DNA of 64,000 nt, taken from the NCBI RefSeq assembly GCF_003018115.1, contig NZ_CP027457.1; one strand, 5' to 3'. The notes under the pieces were generated by a model, which had not been told where the DNA came from, ran no database searches, and saw only the letters and a program-made list of their open reading frames with translations. Shown piece by piece: positions 44,570-56,313 of the stretch. Positions within the stretch are counted from its first letter, which is position 1. The number at the start of each line of letters is the position of its first letter. Made by a program: the position numbers and the translations under genes. The DNA is from Escherichia coli. GTDB lineage: Bacteria; Pseudomonadota; Gammaproteobacteria; Enterobacterales; Enterobacteriaceae.

Positions 44570-45940
44570 ATGAAAAAATTAACCTGCTTTAAAGCCTATG
44601 ATATTCGCGGGAAATTAGGCGAAGAACTGAATGAAGATATTGCCTGGCGCATTGGTCGTGCCTATGGCGAATTTCTCAAACCGAAAACCATTGTGTTAGG
44701 CGGTGATGTCCGTCTCACCAGCGAAACCTTAAAACTGGCGCTGGCAAAAGGTTTACAGGATGCGGGCGTCGATGTGCTGGATATCGGCATGTCCGGCACC
44801 GAAGAGATCTATTTCGCCACGTTCCATCTCGGCGTGGATGGCGGCATTGAAGTTACTGCCAGCCATAATCCGATGGATTACAACGGCATGAAACTGGTGC
44901 GCGAAGGGGCTCGCCCGATCAGCGGCGATACCGGACTGCGCGATGTCCAGCGTCTGGCAGAAGCCAACGACTTTCCTCCCGTTGATGCAACCAAACGCGG
45001 TCGCTATCAGCAAATCAATCTGCGTGACGCTTACGTTGATCACCTGTTCGGTTATATCAATGTCAAAAACCTCACGCCGCTCAAGCTGGTGATCAACTCC
45101 GGGAACGGCGCAGCGGGTCCGGTGGTGGACGCCATTGAAGCCCGCTTTAAAGCCCTCGGCGCGCCCGTGGAATTAATCAAAGTACACAACACACCGGACG
45201 GCAATTTCCCCAACGGTATTCCTAACCCGCTGCTACCGGAATGTCGCGACGACACCCGCAATGCGGTCATCAAACACGGCGCGGATATGGGCATTGCCTT
45301 TGATGGCGATTTTGACCGCTGTTTCCTGTTTGACGAAAAAGGGCAGTTTATCGAGGGCTATTACATTGTCGGCCTGCTGGCAGAAGCATTCCTCGAAAAA
45401 AATCCCGGCGCGAAGATCATCCACGATCCACGTCTCTCCTGGAACACCGTTGATGTGGTGACTGCCGCAGGTGGCACGCCGGTAATGTCGAAAACCGGAC
45501 ACGCCTTTATTAAAGAACGTATGCGCAAGGAGGACGCCATCTACGGTGGCGAAATGAGCGCTCACCATTACTTCCGTGATTTCGCTTACTGCGACAGCGG
45601 CATGATCCCGTGGCTACTGGTAGCCGAACTGGTGTGCCTGAAAGAGAAAACGCTGGGCGAACTGGTACGCGACCGGATGGTGGCGTTTCCGGCAAGCGGT
45701 GAGATCAACAGCAAACTGGCGCAACCCGCTGAGGCGATTAACCGCGTGGAACAGCATTTTAGCCGTGAGGCGCTGGCGGTGGATCGTACCGATGGCATCA
45801 GTATGACCTTTGCCGACTGGCGTTTTAACCTGCGCTCCTCCAACACCGAACCGGTGGTGCGGTTGAATGTGGAATCGCGCGGTGATGTGCCGCTGATGGA
45901 AGCGCGAACGCGAACTCTGCTGACGTTGCTGAACGAGTAA
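44570..45940 (+). CDS. cpsG: Phosphomannomutase (ManB/CpsG)
   Basis: Start at [14 protein letters not shown] inside track ORF 44522..45940; TASHNP active-site motif. Confidence 0.95.
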   Translation: MKKLTCFKAYDIRGKLGEELNEDIAWRIGRAYGEFLKPKTIVLGGDVRLTSETLKLALAKGLQDAGVDVLDIGMSGTEEIYFATFHLGVDGGIEVTASHNPMDYNGMKLVREGARPISGDTGLRDVQRLAEANDFPPVDATKRGRYQQINLRDAYVDHLFGYINVKNLTPLKLVINSGNGAAGPVVDAIEARFKALGAPVELIKVHNTPDGNFPNGIPNPLLPECRDDTRNAVIKHGADMGIAFDGDFDRCFLFDEKGQFIEGYYIVGLLAEAFLEKNPGAKIIHDPRLSWNTVDVVTAAGGTPVMSKTGHAFIKERMRKEDAIYGGEMSAHHYFRDFAYCDSGMIPWLLVAELVCLKEKTLGELVRDRMVAFPASGEINSKLAQPAEAINRVEQHFSREALAVDRTDGISMTFADWRFNLRSSNTEPVVRLNVESRGDVPLMEARTRTLLTLLNE

Positions 45941-45994
45941 TGTCGGATCTTCCCTTACCCCACTGCGGGTAAGGGGCTAATAACAGGAACAACG

Positions 45995-47389
45995 ATGACA
46001 AATCTAAAAAAGCGCGAGCGAGCGAAAACCAATGCATCGTTAATCTCTATGGTGCAACGCTTTTCAGATATCACCATCATGTTTGCCGGACTATGGCTGG
46101 TTTGCGAAGTGAGCGGCCTGTCATTCCTCTACATGCACCTGTTGGTGGCACTGATTACGCTGGTGGTGTTCCAGATGCTGGGCGGCATCACCGATTTTTA
46201 TCGCTCATGGCGCGGTGTTCGGGCAGCGACAGAATTTGCTCTGTTGCTACAAAACTGGACGTTAAGCGTGATTTTCAGCGCCGGACTGGTGGCGTTCAAC
46301 AATGATTTCGACACGCAACTGAAAATCTGGCTGGCGTGGTATGGGCTGACCAGCATCGGACTGGTGGTTTGCCGTTCATGTATTCGTATTGGGGCGGGCT
46401 GGCTGCGTAATCATGGCTATAACAAGCGCATGGTCGCCGTAGCGGGGGATTTAGCCGCCGGACAAATGCTGATGGAGAGCTTCCGTAATCAGCCGTGGTT
46501 AGGGTTTGAAGTGGTGGGGGTTTACCACGACCCGAAACCGGGCGGCGTTTCTAACGACTGGGCGGGTAACCTGCAACAGCTGGTCGAGGATGCTAAAGCG
46601 GGTAAGATTCATAACGTCTATATCGCGATGCAAATGTGCGACGGCGCGCGAGTGAAAAAACTGGTCCATCAACTGGCGGACACCACCTGTTCGGTGCTGC
46701 TGATCCCCGATGTCTTTACCTTCAACATTCTCCATTCACGTCTCGAAGAGATGAACGGCGTTCCGGTGGTGCCGCTGTATGACACGCCGCTTTCCGGGGT
46801 TAACCGCCTGCTAAAACGTGCGGAAGACATTGTGCTGGCGACGCTGATCTTGCTGCTGATCTCCCCGGTGCTGTGCTGTATTGCGCTGGCGGTGAAACTC
46901 AGTTCACCTGGGCCGGTTATTTTCCGCCAGACTCGCTATGGCATGGATGGCAAGCCGATCAAAGTGTGGAAGTTCCGTTCCATGAAAGTGATGGAGAACG
47001 ACAAAGTGGTGACTCAGGCGACGCAGAACGATCCGCGCGTCACCAAAGTGGGGAACTTTCTGCGCCGCACCTCGCTGGATGAACTGCCGCAGTTTATCAA
47101 TGTGCTGACCGGGGGGATGTCGATTGTCGGTCCACGTCCGCACGCAGTAGCGCATAACGAACAGTATCGCCAGCTCATTGAAGGCTACATGCTGCGCCAC
47201 AAAGTGAAACCGGGCATTACCGGCTGGGCGCAGATTAATGGCTGGCGCGGCGAAACCGACACGCTGGAGAAAATGGAAAAACGCGTCGAGTTCGACCTTG
47301 AGTACATCCGCGAATGGAGCGTCTGGTTCGATATCAAAATCGTTTTCCTGACGGTGTTCAAAGGTTTCGTTAACAAAGCGGCATATTGA
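45995..47389 (+). CDS. wcaJ: Undecaprenyl-phosphate glucose-1-phosphate transferase WcaJ
   Basis: 464 aa, N-terminal TM region and C-terminal sugar-transferase domain. Confidence 0.95.
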   Translation: MTNLKKRERAKTNASLISMVQRFSDITIMFAGLWLVCEVSGLSFLYMHLLVALITLVVFQMLGGITDFYRSWRGVRAATEFALLLQNWTLSVIFSAGLVAFNNDFDTQLKIWLAWYGLTSIGLVVCRSCIRIGAGWLRNHGYNKRMVAVAGDLAAGQMLMESFRNQPWLGFEVVGVYHDPKPGGVSNDWAGNLQQLVEDAKAGKIHNVYIAMQMCDGARVKKLVHQLADTTCSVLLIPDVFTFNILHSRLEEMNGVPVVPLYDTPLSGVNRLLKRAEDIVLATLILLLISPVLCCIALAVKLSSPGPVIFRQTRYGMDGKPIKVWKFRSMKVMENDKVVTQATQNDPRVTKVGNFLRRTSLDELPQFINVLTGGMSIVGPRPHAVAHNEQYRQLIEGYMLRHKVKPGITGWAQINGWRGETDTLEKMEKRVEFDLEYIREWSVWFDIKIVFLTVFKGFVNKAAY

Positions 47390-47390
47390 T

Positions 47391-48869
47391 ATGAGCTTAC
47401 GTGAAAAAACCATCAGCGGCGCGAAGTGGTCGGCGATTGCCACGGTGATCATCATCGGCCTCGGGCTGGTGCAGATGACCGTGCTGGCGCGGATTATCGA
47501 CAACCACCAGTTCGGCCTGCTGACTGTGTCGCTGGTGATTATCGCGCTGGCAGATACGCTTTCTGACTTCGGTATCGCTAACTCGATTATTCAGCGAAAA
47601 GAAATCAGTCACCTTGAACTCACCACGTTGTACTGGCTGAACGTCGGGCTGGGGATCGTGGTGTGCGTGGCGGTGTTTTTGTTGAGTGATCTCATCGGCG
47701 ACGTGCTGAATAACCCGGACCTGGCACCGTTGATTAAAACATTGTCGCTGGCGTTTGTGGTGATCCCCCACGGGCAACAGTTCCGCGCGTTGATGCAGAA
47801 GGAGCTGGAGTTCAACAAAATCGGCATGATCGAAACCAGCGCGGTGCTGGCGGGCTTCACTTTTACGGTGGTTAGCGCCCATTTCTGGCCGCTGGCGATG
47901 ACCGCGATCCTCGGTTATCTGGTCAATAGTGCGGTAAGAACGCTGCTGTTTGGCTACTTTGGTCGAAAAATTTATCGCCCCGGTCTGCATTTCTCGCTGG
48001 CGTCAGTTGCGCCGAACTTACGCTTTGGTGCCTGGCTGACGGCGGACAGCATCATCAACTATCTCAACACCAACCTTTCAACGCTGGTGCTGGCGCGTAT
48101 TCTTGGCGCGGGCGTGGCAGGGGGATACAACCTGGCGTACAACGTGGCCGTCGTACCGCCGATGAAGCTGAACCCAATCATCACCCGCGTGTTATTTCCG
48201 GCATTCGCCAAAATTCAGGACGACACCGAAAAGTTGCGCGTGAACTTCTACAAGCTGCTGTCGGTGGTGGGGATTATCAACTTTCCGGCGCTGCTCGGGC
48301 TGATGGTGGTGTCGAATAACTTTGTACCGCTGGTCTTTGGTGAGAAGTGGAACAGCATTATTCCGGTGCTGCAATTGCTGTGTATTGTGGGTCTGCTGCG
48401 CTCCGTGGGTAACCCGATTGGTTCGCTGCTGATGGCGAAAGCGCGGGTCGATATCAGCTTTAAATTCAACGTATTCAAAACATTTCTGTTTATTCCGGCG
48501 ATTGTTATTGGTGGGCAGATGGCGGGCGCAATCGGCGTCACGCTCGGTTTCCTGCTGGTGCAGATTATCAACACCATTCTGAGTTACTTCGTGATGATTA
48601 AACCGGTACTCGGTTCCAGTTATCGCCAGTACATCCTGAGTTTGTGGCTGCCGTTTTATCTCTCGCTGCCGACGCTGGTGGTCAGTTATGCGCTGGGCAT
48701 TGTGCTGAAAGGGCAACTGGCGCTGGGGATGCTGCTGGCGGTGCAAATAGCCGCGGGCGTGCTGGCGTTTGTGGTGATGATTGTGCTGTCGCGCCATCCG
48801 CTGATGGTGGAAGTGAAGCGTCAGTTTTGTCGCAGCGAAAAAATGAAAATGCTTTTACGGGCGGGGTGA
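47391..48869 (+). CDS. wzxC: Colanic acid repeat-unit flippase WzxC
   Basis: 492 aa polytopic membrane protein; cluster position. Confidence 0.9.
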   Translation: MSLREKTISGAKWSAIATVIIIGLGLVQMTVLARIIDNHQFGLLTVSLVIIALADTLSDFGIANSIIQRKEISHLELTTLYWLNVGLGIVVCVAVFLLSDLIGDVLNNPDLAPLIKTLSLAFVVIPHGQQFRALMQKELEFNKIGMIETSAVLAGFTFTVVSAHFWPLAMTAILGYLVNSAVRTLLFGYFGRKIYRPGLHFSLASVAPNLRFGAWLTADSIINYLNTNLSTLVLARILGAGVAGGYNLAYNVAVVPPMKLNPIITRVLFPAFAKIQDDTEKLRVNFYKLLSVVGIINFPALLGLMVVSNNFVPLVFGEKWNSIIPVLQLLCIVGLLRSVGNPIGSLLMAKARVDISFKFNVFKTFLFIPAIVIGGQMAGAIGVTLGFLLVQIINTILSYFVMIKPVLGSSYRQYILSLWLPFYLSLPTLVVSYALGIVLKGQLALGMLLAVQIAAGVLAFVVMIVLSRHPLMVEVKRQFCRSEKMKMLLRAG

Positions 48870-48897
48870 GTTGCTGTTTTCGGTTCCGACAACGGTT

Positions 48898-48990
48898 GCC
48901 GGGTGCAGCGTAAAACGCCTTATCCATCCTACGGTTCTGTGCTCGGGACCTGTAGGCCTGATAAGACGCGCCAGCGTCGCATCAGGCAAA
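48898..48990. repeat. REP/BIME elements between wzxC and wcaK
   Basis: REP-like inverted motifs (gcgtaaaacgccttatccatcctac ... gtaggcctgataagacgcgccagcgtcgcatcaggc). Confidence 0.7.
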
Positions 48991-49048
48991 AAGCGGCAAC
49001 GAACACAACAAACACAGCCTCACCTGGCATCAAATTTATGAGGAAAAA

Positions 49049-50329
49049 ATGAAATTACTTATTCTGGGCAACCACACTTGCGGCAATCGTGGCGACAGTG
49101 CCATCTTGCGCGGCTTACTTGATGCCATCAACATCCTCAATCCACAAGCCGAAGTGGACGTGATGAGCCGCTATCCGGTCAGTTCTTCCTGGCTGCTCAA
49201 CCGCCCGGTAATGGGCGATCCGCTGTTCCTGCAAATGAAACAACACAACAGCGCGGCGGGCGTTGTCGGGCGCGTTAAAAAAGTCCTCCGTCGCCGCTAT
49301 CAACACCAGGTATTGCTCTCACGCGTCACCGACACTGGCAAGCTGCGTAATATCGCCATCGCCCAGGGATTCACCGACTTCGTGCGCATGCTCTCAGGTT
49401 ACGACGCCATTATTCAGGTCGGAGGATCGTTTTTTGTCGATCTCTACGGCGTGCCGCAGTTTGAACATGCGCTTTGCACGTTTATGGCGAAAAAGCCGCT
49501 GTTTATGATTGGTCACAGCGTCGGCCCCTTCCAGGATGAGCAATTTAACCAACTGGCGAACTACGTTTTTGGTCACTGTGACGCGCTGATCCTGCGCGAA
49601 TCGGTCAGCCTTGATTTGATGAAACGCAGCAATATCACCACTGCAAAAGTTGAACATGGCGTCGATACCGCGTGGCTGGTCGATCACCACACAGAAGATT
49701 TCACCGCCAGCTATGCCGTCCAACACTGGCTGGACGTTGCCGCACAACAGAAAACGGTGGCAATTACCCTGCGCGAACTGGCACCGTTTGACAAACGCCT
49801 CGGCACCACTCAACAAGCGTATGAAAAAGCCTTTGCCGGGGTGGTCAATCGCATTCTCGACGGAGGCTATCAGGTCATTGCGCTCTCCACCTGTACGGGC
49901 ATCGACAGCTATAACAAAGACGACCGCATGGTAGCGCTCAATCTGCGCCAGCACATCAGCGATCCTGCCCGTTACCACGTAGTGATGGATGAACTCAACG
50001 ATCTGGAAATGGGCAAAATTCTCGGGGCCTGTGAACTCACCGTCGGTACGCGCCTGCACTCCGCCATTATCTCGATGAATTTTGCCACTCCGGCAATTGC
50101 CATCAACTACGAACATAAATCCGCCGGGATCATGCAACAACTGGGGCTGCCAGAGATGGCGATTGATATCCGTCATTTACTGGACGGCAGCTTGCAAGCG
50201 ATGGTTGCGGATACCTTAGGCCAGCTTCCGGCGCTGAACGCACGACTTAACGAAGCCGTCAGTCGCGAACGTCAGACAGGAATGCAGATGGTGCAGTCTG
50301 TGCTTGAGCGCATCGGGGAGGCGAAATGA
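49049..50329 (+). CDS. wcaK: Colanic acid pyruvyl transferase WcaK
   Basis: 426 aa; cluster position. Confidence 0.9.
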   Translation: MKLLILGNHTCGNRGDSAILRGLLDAINILNPQAEVDVMSRYPVSSSWLLNRPVMGDPLFLQMKQHNSAAGVVGRVKKVLRRRYQHQVLLSRVTDTGKLRNIAIAQGFTDFVRMLSGYDAIIQVGGSFFVDLYGVPQFEHALCTFMAKKPLFMIGHSVGPFQDEQFNQLANYVFGHCDALILRESVSLDLMKRSNITTAKVEHGVDTAWLVDHHTEDFTASYAVQHWLDVAAQQKTVAITLRELAPFDKRLGTTQQAYEKAFAGVVNRILDGGYQVIALSTCTGIDSYNKDDRMVALNLRQHISDPARYHVVMDELNDLEMGKILGACELTVGTRLHSAIISMNFATPAIAINYEHKSAGIMQQLGLPEMAIDIRHLLDGSLQAMVADTLGQLPALNARLNEAVSRERQTGMQMVQSVLERIGEAK

Positions 50330-51546
50330 AGGTCGGCTTCTTTTTACTGAAATTTCCGCTGTCGTCGGAAACTTTCGTCCTCAACCAAATTACCGCGTTT
50401 ATTGATATGGGATTTGAGGTGGAGATTGTCGCGCTGCAAAAAGGCGATACAGAGAACACCCACGCGGCATGGACGAAATACAACCTTGCCGCCAGAACCC
50501 GCTGGTTACAGGACGAACCAACGGGCAAAGTGGCGAAGCTGCGCCACCGCGCCAGCCAGACGTTACGCGGCATTCATCGTAAAAATACCTGGCAGGCGCT
50601 CAACCTCAAACGCTATGGTGCCGAGTCGCGGAACCTGATTTTGTCTGCCATTTGCGGTCAGGTCGCAACACCATTTCATGCCGATGTGTTCATCGCTCAT
50701 TTTGGCCCGGCGGGGGTAACCGCAGCAAAACTACGGGAACTGGGGGTCATTCGCGGCAAAATTGCCACTATCTTCCACGGTATTGATATCTCCAGTCGGG
50801 AAGTGCTCAACCACTACACTCCCGAATATCAGCAACTGTTCCGCCGTGGCGACCTGATGCTACCGATAAGTGATTTGTGGGCCGGAAGGCTGCAAAAAAT
50901 GGGCTGCCCGAGGGAAAAAATTGCCGTATCGCGCATGGGCGTGGACATGACGCGCTTTAGCCCGCGTCCGGTGAAAGCGCCCGCAACGCCGCTGGAAATC
51001 ATATCCGTCGCACGCTTAACCGAGAAAAAAGGTCTGCATGTAGCGATTGAAGCCTGCCGTCAGTTGAAAGAGCAGGGCGTGGCATTTCGCTATCGCATCC
51101 TCGGCATTGGCCCGTGGGAACGACGCCTGCGTACCCTCATCGAACAATATCAACTGGAAGATGTGGTAGATATGCCGGGCTTTAAACCGAGCCACGAAGT
51201 GAAAGCGATGCTCGACGACGCGGATGTCTTCCTGTTGCCATCGGTAACGGGCGCGGATGGCGATATGGAAGGCATTCCGGTGGCGCTAATGGAAGCGATG
51301 GCGGTCGGCATTCCGGTGGTTTCTACTCTGCATAGCGGAATACCGGAACTGGTGGAGGCCGATAAATCCGGCTGGCTGGTGCCTGAGAACGATGCTCGCG
51401 CACTGGCGCAACGACTGGCGGCGTTTAGCCAACTGGACACCGACGAACTGGCTCCGGTCGTCAAACGTGCTCGCGAAAAAGTCGAACACGATTTTAACCA
51501 GCAGGTGATTAATCGGGAACTCGCCAGCTTGTTACAGGCTTTATAG
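50326..51546 (+). CDS. wcaL: Colanic acid glycosyltransferase WcaL (GT4)
   Basis: 406 aa; cluster position. Confidence 0.9.
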   Translation: MKVGFFLLKFPLSSETFVLNQITAFIDMGFEVEIVALQKGDTENTHAAWTKYNLAARTRWLQDEPTGKVAKLRHRASQTLRGIHRKNTWQALNLKRYGAESRNLILSAICGQVATPFHADVFIAHFGPAGVTAAKLRELGVIRGKIATIFHGIDISSREVLNHYTPEYQQLFRRGDLMLPISDLWAGRLQKMGCPREKIAVSRMGVDMTRFSPRPVKAPATPLEIISVARLTEKKGLHVAIEACRQLKEQGVAFRYRILGIGPWERRLRTLIEQYQLEDVVDMPGFKPSHEVKAMLDDADVFLLPSVTGADGDMEGIPVALMEAMAVGIPVVSTLHSGIPELVEADKSGWLVPENDARALAQRLAAFSQLDTDELAPVVKRAREKVEHDFNQQVINRELASLLQAL

Positions 51547-51556
51547 AGGAGAACGC

Positions 51557-52951
51557 ATGCCATTTAAAAAACTCTCCCGACGCACCTTCCTGACGGCAAG
51601 CTCGGCGCTTGCCTTCCTCCATACCCCTTTCGCTCGCGCACTTCCCGCCCGACAAAGCGTTAACATTAACAACTACAACCCTCACGACTGGATCGCCTCA
51701 TTTAAACAAGCCTTCAGCGAAGGGCAAACGGTCGTCGTGCCTGCTGGATTGGTTTGTGACAATATCAACACCGGCATCTTCATTCCTGCAGGTAAAACGT
51801 TACACATCCTTGGAAGCCTGCGCGGCAACGGCAGAGGGCGATTTGTCTTACAGGACGGCAGCCAGGTGACAGGGGGGGAGGGCGGCAGTATGCATAACAT
51901 CACCCTGGATGTGCGCGGGTCTGACTGCACCATTAAAGGGCTGGCGATGAGCGGCTTTGGCCCGGTAACGCAGATTTATATCGGCGGCAAAAACAAACGG
52001 GTCATGCGTAACCTGACCATCGATAACCTGAACGTTAGCCACGCTAATTACGCCATCTTACGCCAGGGATTTCATAACCAGATTATCGGTGCCAACATCA
52101 CCAATTGTAAGTTCAGTGATTTACAGGGGGACGCCATCGAATGGAACGTGGCAATTAACGACAGTAATATTTTGATTTCCGACCATGTCATTGAGCGCAT
52201 CAACTGTACTAACGGAAAAATCAACTGGGGCATCGGCATAGGCCTTGCGGGGAGTACTTATGATAATAACTACCCGGAAGACCAGGCAGTGAAAAACTTT
52301 GTCGTGGCGAATATCACGGGATCGGATTGTCGGCAGTTGATACATGTTGAAAATGGTAAACATTTTGTTATTCGTAATATCAAAGCCCGCAATATCACAC
52401 CGGATTTCAGTAAGAAAGCAGGTATTGATAACGCCACGGTCGCTATTTACGGTTGTGACAATTTCGTGATTGATAATATTGAAATGATTAATAGCGCCGG
52501 GATGTTAATCGGCTATGGGGTAATTAAAGGCAAATATCTCTCGATACCGCAAAATTTCCGAGTGAATAATATTCAACTGGATAATACCCACCTTGCTTAC
52601 AAATTGCGCGGTATCCAAATCTCCGCCGGCAATGCCGTCTCCTTTGTGGCACTGACTAACATTGAGATGAAGCGTGCCTCGCTTGAGCTACACAATAAAC
52701 CGCAACACCTTTTTATGCGAAATATCAAGGTGATGCAGGAATCCTCAGTTGGACCCGCATTGAGCATGAACTTCGACATGCGCAAAGACGTTCGAGGCGT
52801 CTTTATGGCGAAAAAAGAAACACTGCTGTCACTTGCAAATGTTCATGCGGTGAATGAAAAAGGACAAAGCTCCGTCGATATCGACAGGATAAATCACCAT
52901 ATTGTTAATGTGGAAAAGATTAACTTTAGATTGCCGGAACGGAGGGAGTAG
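51557..52951 (+). CDS. wcaM: Colanic acid biosynthesis protein WcaM
   Basis: 464 aa with Tat-like signal ([14 protein letters not shown]); last gene of the cluster. Confidence 0.9.
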   Translation: MPFKKLSRRTFLTASSALAFLHTPFARALPARQSVNINNYNPHDWIASFKQAFSEGQTVVVPAGLVCDNINTGIFIPAGKTLHILGSLRGNGRGRFVLQDGSQVTGGEGGSMHNITLDVRGSDCTIKGLAMSGFGPVTQIYIGGKNKRVMRNLTIDNLNVSHANYAILRQGFHNQIIGANITNCKFSDLQGDAIEWNVAINDSNILISDHVIERINCTNGKINWGIGIGLAGSTYDNNYPEDQAVKNFVVANITGSDCRQLIHVENGKHFVIRNIKARNITPDFSKKAGIDNATVAIYGCDNFVIDNIEMINSAGMLIGYGVIKGKYLSIPQNFRVNNIQLDNTHLAYKLRGIQISAGNAVSFVALTNIEMKRASLELHNKPQHLFMRNIKVMQESSVGPALSMNFDMRKDVRGVFMAKKETLLSLANVHAVNEKGQSSVDIDRINHHIVNVEKINFRLPERRE

Positions 52952-53125
52952 ATTTGCGACCATTCCTGGAAAAATGGAGCCATACTTAGGAACAATGCTA
53001 CAGCAATCCACAACGAAGCGGCGTAACATCACAAGTAATTCAGTAATCAATTCAGGGTAATTGATGCTGGCGAAAAAAATCGAACAAGCTATAATTCAGC
53101 AACCATTTTACAGGTGGATGAAATA

Positions 53126-54019
53126 ATGACGAATTTAAAAGCAGTTATTCCTGTAGCGGGTCTTGGGATGCATATGTTGCCTGCCACTAAGGCGATTCCC
53201 AAAGAGATGCTACCGATCGTCGACAAGCCAATGATTCAGTACATTGTTGACGAGATTGTGGCTGCAGGGATCAAAGAAATCCTCCTGGTAACTCACGCGT
53301 CCAAGAACGCGGTCGAAAACCACTTCGACACCTCTTATGAATTAGAATCTCTCCTTGAGCAGCGCGTGAAGCGTCAACTGCTGGCGGAAGTGCAGTCCAT
53401 CTGTCCGCCGGGCGTGACCATTATGAACGTACGTCAGGGCGAACCTTTAGGTTTAGGCCACTCCATTTTATGTGCACGACCTGCCATTGGTGACAATCCA
53501 TTTGTCGTGGTACTGCCAGACGTTGTGATCGACGACGCCAGCGCCGACCCGCTGCGCTACAACCTTGCTGCCATGATTGCACGATTCAACGAAACGGGTC
53601 GTAGCCAGGTGCTGGCAAAACGTATGCCGGGTGACCTCTCTGAATACTCCGTCATTCAGACCAAAGAACCACTGGATCGTGAAGGTAAAGTCAGCCGCAT
53701 TGTTGAATTCATCGAAAAACCGGATCAGCCGCAGACGCTGGACTCAGACATCATGGCCGTTGGTCGCTATGTGCTTTCTGCCGATATTTGGCCGGAACTT
53801 GAACGCACTCAGCCTGGTGCATGGGGACGTATTCAGCTGACTGATGCCATTGCTGAACTGGCGAAAAAACAGTCCGTTGATGCCATGCTGATGACAGGTG
53901 ACAGCTACGACTGCGGTAAAAAAATGGGTTATATGCAGGCATTTGTGAAGTATGGACTACGCAACCTAAAAGAAGGGGCGAAGTTCCGTAAAGGGATTGA
54001 GAAGCTGTTAAGCGAATAA
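53126..54019 (+). CDS. galF: UTP-glucose-1-phosphate uridylyltransferase-like regulatory subunit GalF
   Basis: Start at [14 protein letters not shown] inside track ORF 53114..54019; 297 aa. Confidence 0.95.
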   Translation: MTNLKAVIPVAGLGMHMLPATKAIPKEMLPIVDKPMIQYIVDEIVAAGIKEILLVTHASKNAVENHFDTSYELESLLEQRVKRQLLAEVQSICPPGVTIMNVRQGEPLGLGHSILCARPAIGDNPFVVVLPDVVIDDASADPLRYNLAAMIARFNETGRSQVLAKRMPGDLSEYSVIQTKEPLDREGKVSRIVEFIEKPDQPQTLDSDIMAVGRYVLSADIWPELERTQPGAWGRIQLTDAIAELAKKQSVDAMLMTGDSYDCGKKMGYMQAFVKYGLRNLKEGAKFRKGIEKLLSE

Positions 54020-54059
54020 TGAAAATCTGACCGGATGTAACGGTTGATAAGAAAATTAT

Positions 54060-54120
54060 AACGGCAGTGAAGATTCGTGGCGAAAGTAATATGTTGCGAA
54101 TATTCCTGCCGTTGTTTTAT
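54060..54120 (+). terminator. Candidate terminator after galF
   Basis: acggcag ... ctgccgtt inverted repeat followed by GTTTTAT. Confidence 0.4.
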
Positions 54121-54277
54121 ATAAACAATCAGAATAACAACGAGTTAGCAATAGGATTTTAGTCAAAGTTTTCCAGGATTTTCCTTGTTTCCTGAGCGGA
54201 TTGGTAAGACAATTAGCGTTTGAATTTTTCGAGTTAAGCGCGAGTGGGTAACGCTCGTCACATCGTAGGCATGCATG

Positions 54278-54316
54278 CAGTGCTCTGGTAGCTGTAAAGC
54301 CAGGGGCGGTAGCGTA
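54278..54316 (+). promoter_or_regulatory. JUMPstart element with ops-like site (GGCGGTAGCGTA) in the O-antigen operon leader
   Basis: cagtgctctggtagctgtaaagccaggggcggtagcgta; nearly identical to the element upstream of wza. Confidence 0.8.
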
Positions 54317-54352
54317 TTTGCTTATTTTTATCGTGTAATCAAAGTGATTGTT

Positions 54353-54724
54353 ATGAATAAGATAATAGTTGATCTTGACGGTACTTTAACTGAGGAAGAT
54401 ACAAATGATTATACTAAAGTTAAACCAAAACTAAAAGTTGTTAAAAAATTGTATGAATTTAAAAAAATGGGATTCAGTATTGTAATAATGACAGCAAGGA
54501 ATATGCGAACATTTGATGGTAATATTGGAAAGATTAATATACATACACTTCCTGTAATCATTGACTGGCTTAATGAAAATAATATCCCGTACGATGAAGT
54601 TATTGTGGGGAAGCCATGGTGCGGTAATAAGGGATTTTATGTTGATGATCGGGCACTAAGGCCTTCTGAATTTGCAAGATTAAATCTTCAAGAGATAAAC
54701 GAATTATTTGATAAGGATAAATAA
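54353..54724 (+). CDS. HAD-superfamily phosphatase-like protein (O-antigen cluster gene 1)
   Basis: Start at MNKIIVDLDGTLT (HAD motif I DxDGT at 54371-54385) inside track ORF 54275..54724; AT-rich codon usage. Confidence 0.65.
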   Translation: MNKIIVDLDGTLTEEDTNDYTKVKPKLKVVKKLYEFKKMGFSIVIMTARNMRTFDGNIGKINIHTLPVIIDWLNENNIPYDEVIVGKPWCGNKGFYVDDRALRPSEFARLNLQEINELFDKDK

Positions 54725-56313
54725 TGCTTTTAATACTATCGTCTGCGTATATTGATATTGATTTACAGTCTGAATTTGGTCGGTTGCCACCGAGCATGTT
54801 ACCGCTAGGAAATAAACGATTAGTTCAACATCAAAAAAAACTTCTTAACACGAATGAGTTGATGATAATCACTTTACCTAAATCATATAAAATATCAGAA
54901 TGGGACAGGAAGTGGTTAGATAATAATAATATAAAAATAGTCTTTGTTAATGATGGTGGGGCGCTTGGTGAATCGGTATTATATGCTATTGAATATATTA
55001 AAACATTAAACATTTCTGAACATCTCAGGATTTTGTATGGAGATACTTTGATTCTTTCAAATATAAAAGATGACTCAAATGTAATCGCTGTATCTAACTC
55101 TGAGGATAATTATAACTGGGCTAGAGTCGAAAATCAGAATGCATATATAAAAATATCCACCGAAAATGATGTGGACATTTTAGGAGGAGATATACTTTGT
55201 GGCTATTTTTCATTTAGTGATATAGATCTTCTTCGGGAGTGTTTGATTTCTAATAATTATAACTTTATTGAAGCCATAAAAAGTTACCATGCAAAAAGTT
55301 TTCTATTTGTTAGAAAAATTGATGAATGGTTGGATTTTGGTCATGTGAATACTTATTACAAGTCAAAGATGAAATATACAACGCAAAGAGCATTCAATGA
55401 GTTATATATTAATTCAGATTGGGTATGCAAATCTAGTCAGGATTATGAGAAGATTTTAGCTGAGGCGAACTGGTTTGAAAAAATACCACTGGAATTAAAA
55501 AAATATATACCACAGTACTTAGGTAAAGAGTCTAAAAATAATAAGAGTGCAAGTTATAAACTAGAATATTTGTGTCATACTGCACTAAATGAATTATATG
55601 TCTTTAGTGAATTACCGCTAACTGTATGGAAGTCAATATTGGAAAAATGCCTTGACTTCGTTCGAGAGAGTAAAAGTTATATACCATCTGATAAAGAACG
55701 ATTCTCAACAATTAATGAGTTATTGATTGACAAGACCAATGCTAGGCTTGTCTCTTTCTGTTCAGAAAAACAATTTTCTATTAATGATAAATGGGACTTT
55801 AAGGGGAAAAGGATTAGTGTCTCTGATATACTTGATGTAGCGGCTAAATATATCCCTAATGATAATAATCCATCTTTGATGCACGGAGACTTATGCTTTA
55901 GTAATATATTATTTGATTTTAGAGCAGGTAGAATTAAATTAATTGATCCTCGAGGATTATCTGTTGATAGAAATTATACAATTTATGGTTCATACTATTA
56001 TGATTTAGCTAAACTTAGTCATTCAATATTGGGAATGTATGATTGGATAGTGGCAGGCTATTGTGATGCGAACATCTGTGAACGAAAAATAGAATTGAGT
56101 TTTGTTAATGATAAAAAAATCGAAAATATAAAAAGTATTTTTATTGACATGATTACTGCACAATTCGATATTACTCTAAATGAATTGTACGCAATGCAAA
56201 TTTATCTATTCTTATCAATGTTACCACTCCATTCAGATGATGTGCAACGGCAAAAAGCATTGTTCGCAAATGTCTTTAGATTATATGAACTTTTACAGGA
56301 GATTGAAAAATGA
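54724..56313 (+). CDS. Two-domain protein: N-terminal nucleotidyltransferase-like region and C-terminal choline/aminoglycoside-kinase-like domain
   Basis: 529 aa; C-terminal Brenner motif HGDLCFSNILFD (HGD at 55882-55890) and LIDPRG; start overlaps the upstream stop. Confidence 0.6.
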   Translation: MLLILSSAYIDIDLQSEFGRLPPSMLPLGNKRLVQHQKKLLNTNELMIITLPKSYKISEWDRKWLDNNNIKIVFVNDGGALGESVLYAIEYIKTLNISEHLRILYGDTLILSNIKDDSNVIAVSNSEDNYNWARVENQNAYIKISTENDVDILGGDILCGYFSFSDIDLLRECLISNNYNFIEAIKSYHAKSFLFVRKIDEWLDFGHVNTYYKSKMKYTTQRAFNELYINSDWVCKSSQDYEKILAEANWFEKIPLELKKYIPQYLGKESKNNKSASYKLEYLCHTALNELYVFSELPLTVWKSILEKCLDFVRESKSYIPSDKERFSTINELLIDKTNARLVSFCSEKQFSINDKWDFKGKRISVSDILDVAAKYIPNDNNPSLMHGDLCFSNILFDFRAGRIKLIDPRGLSVDRNYTIYGSYYYDLAKLSHSILGMYDWIVAGYCDANICERKIELSFVNDKKIENIKSIFIDMITAQFDITLNELYAMQIYLFLSMLPLHSDDVQRQKALFANVFRLYELLQEIEK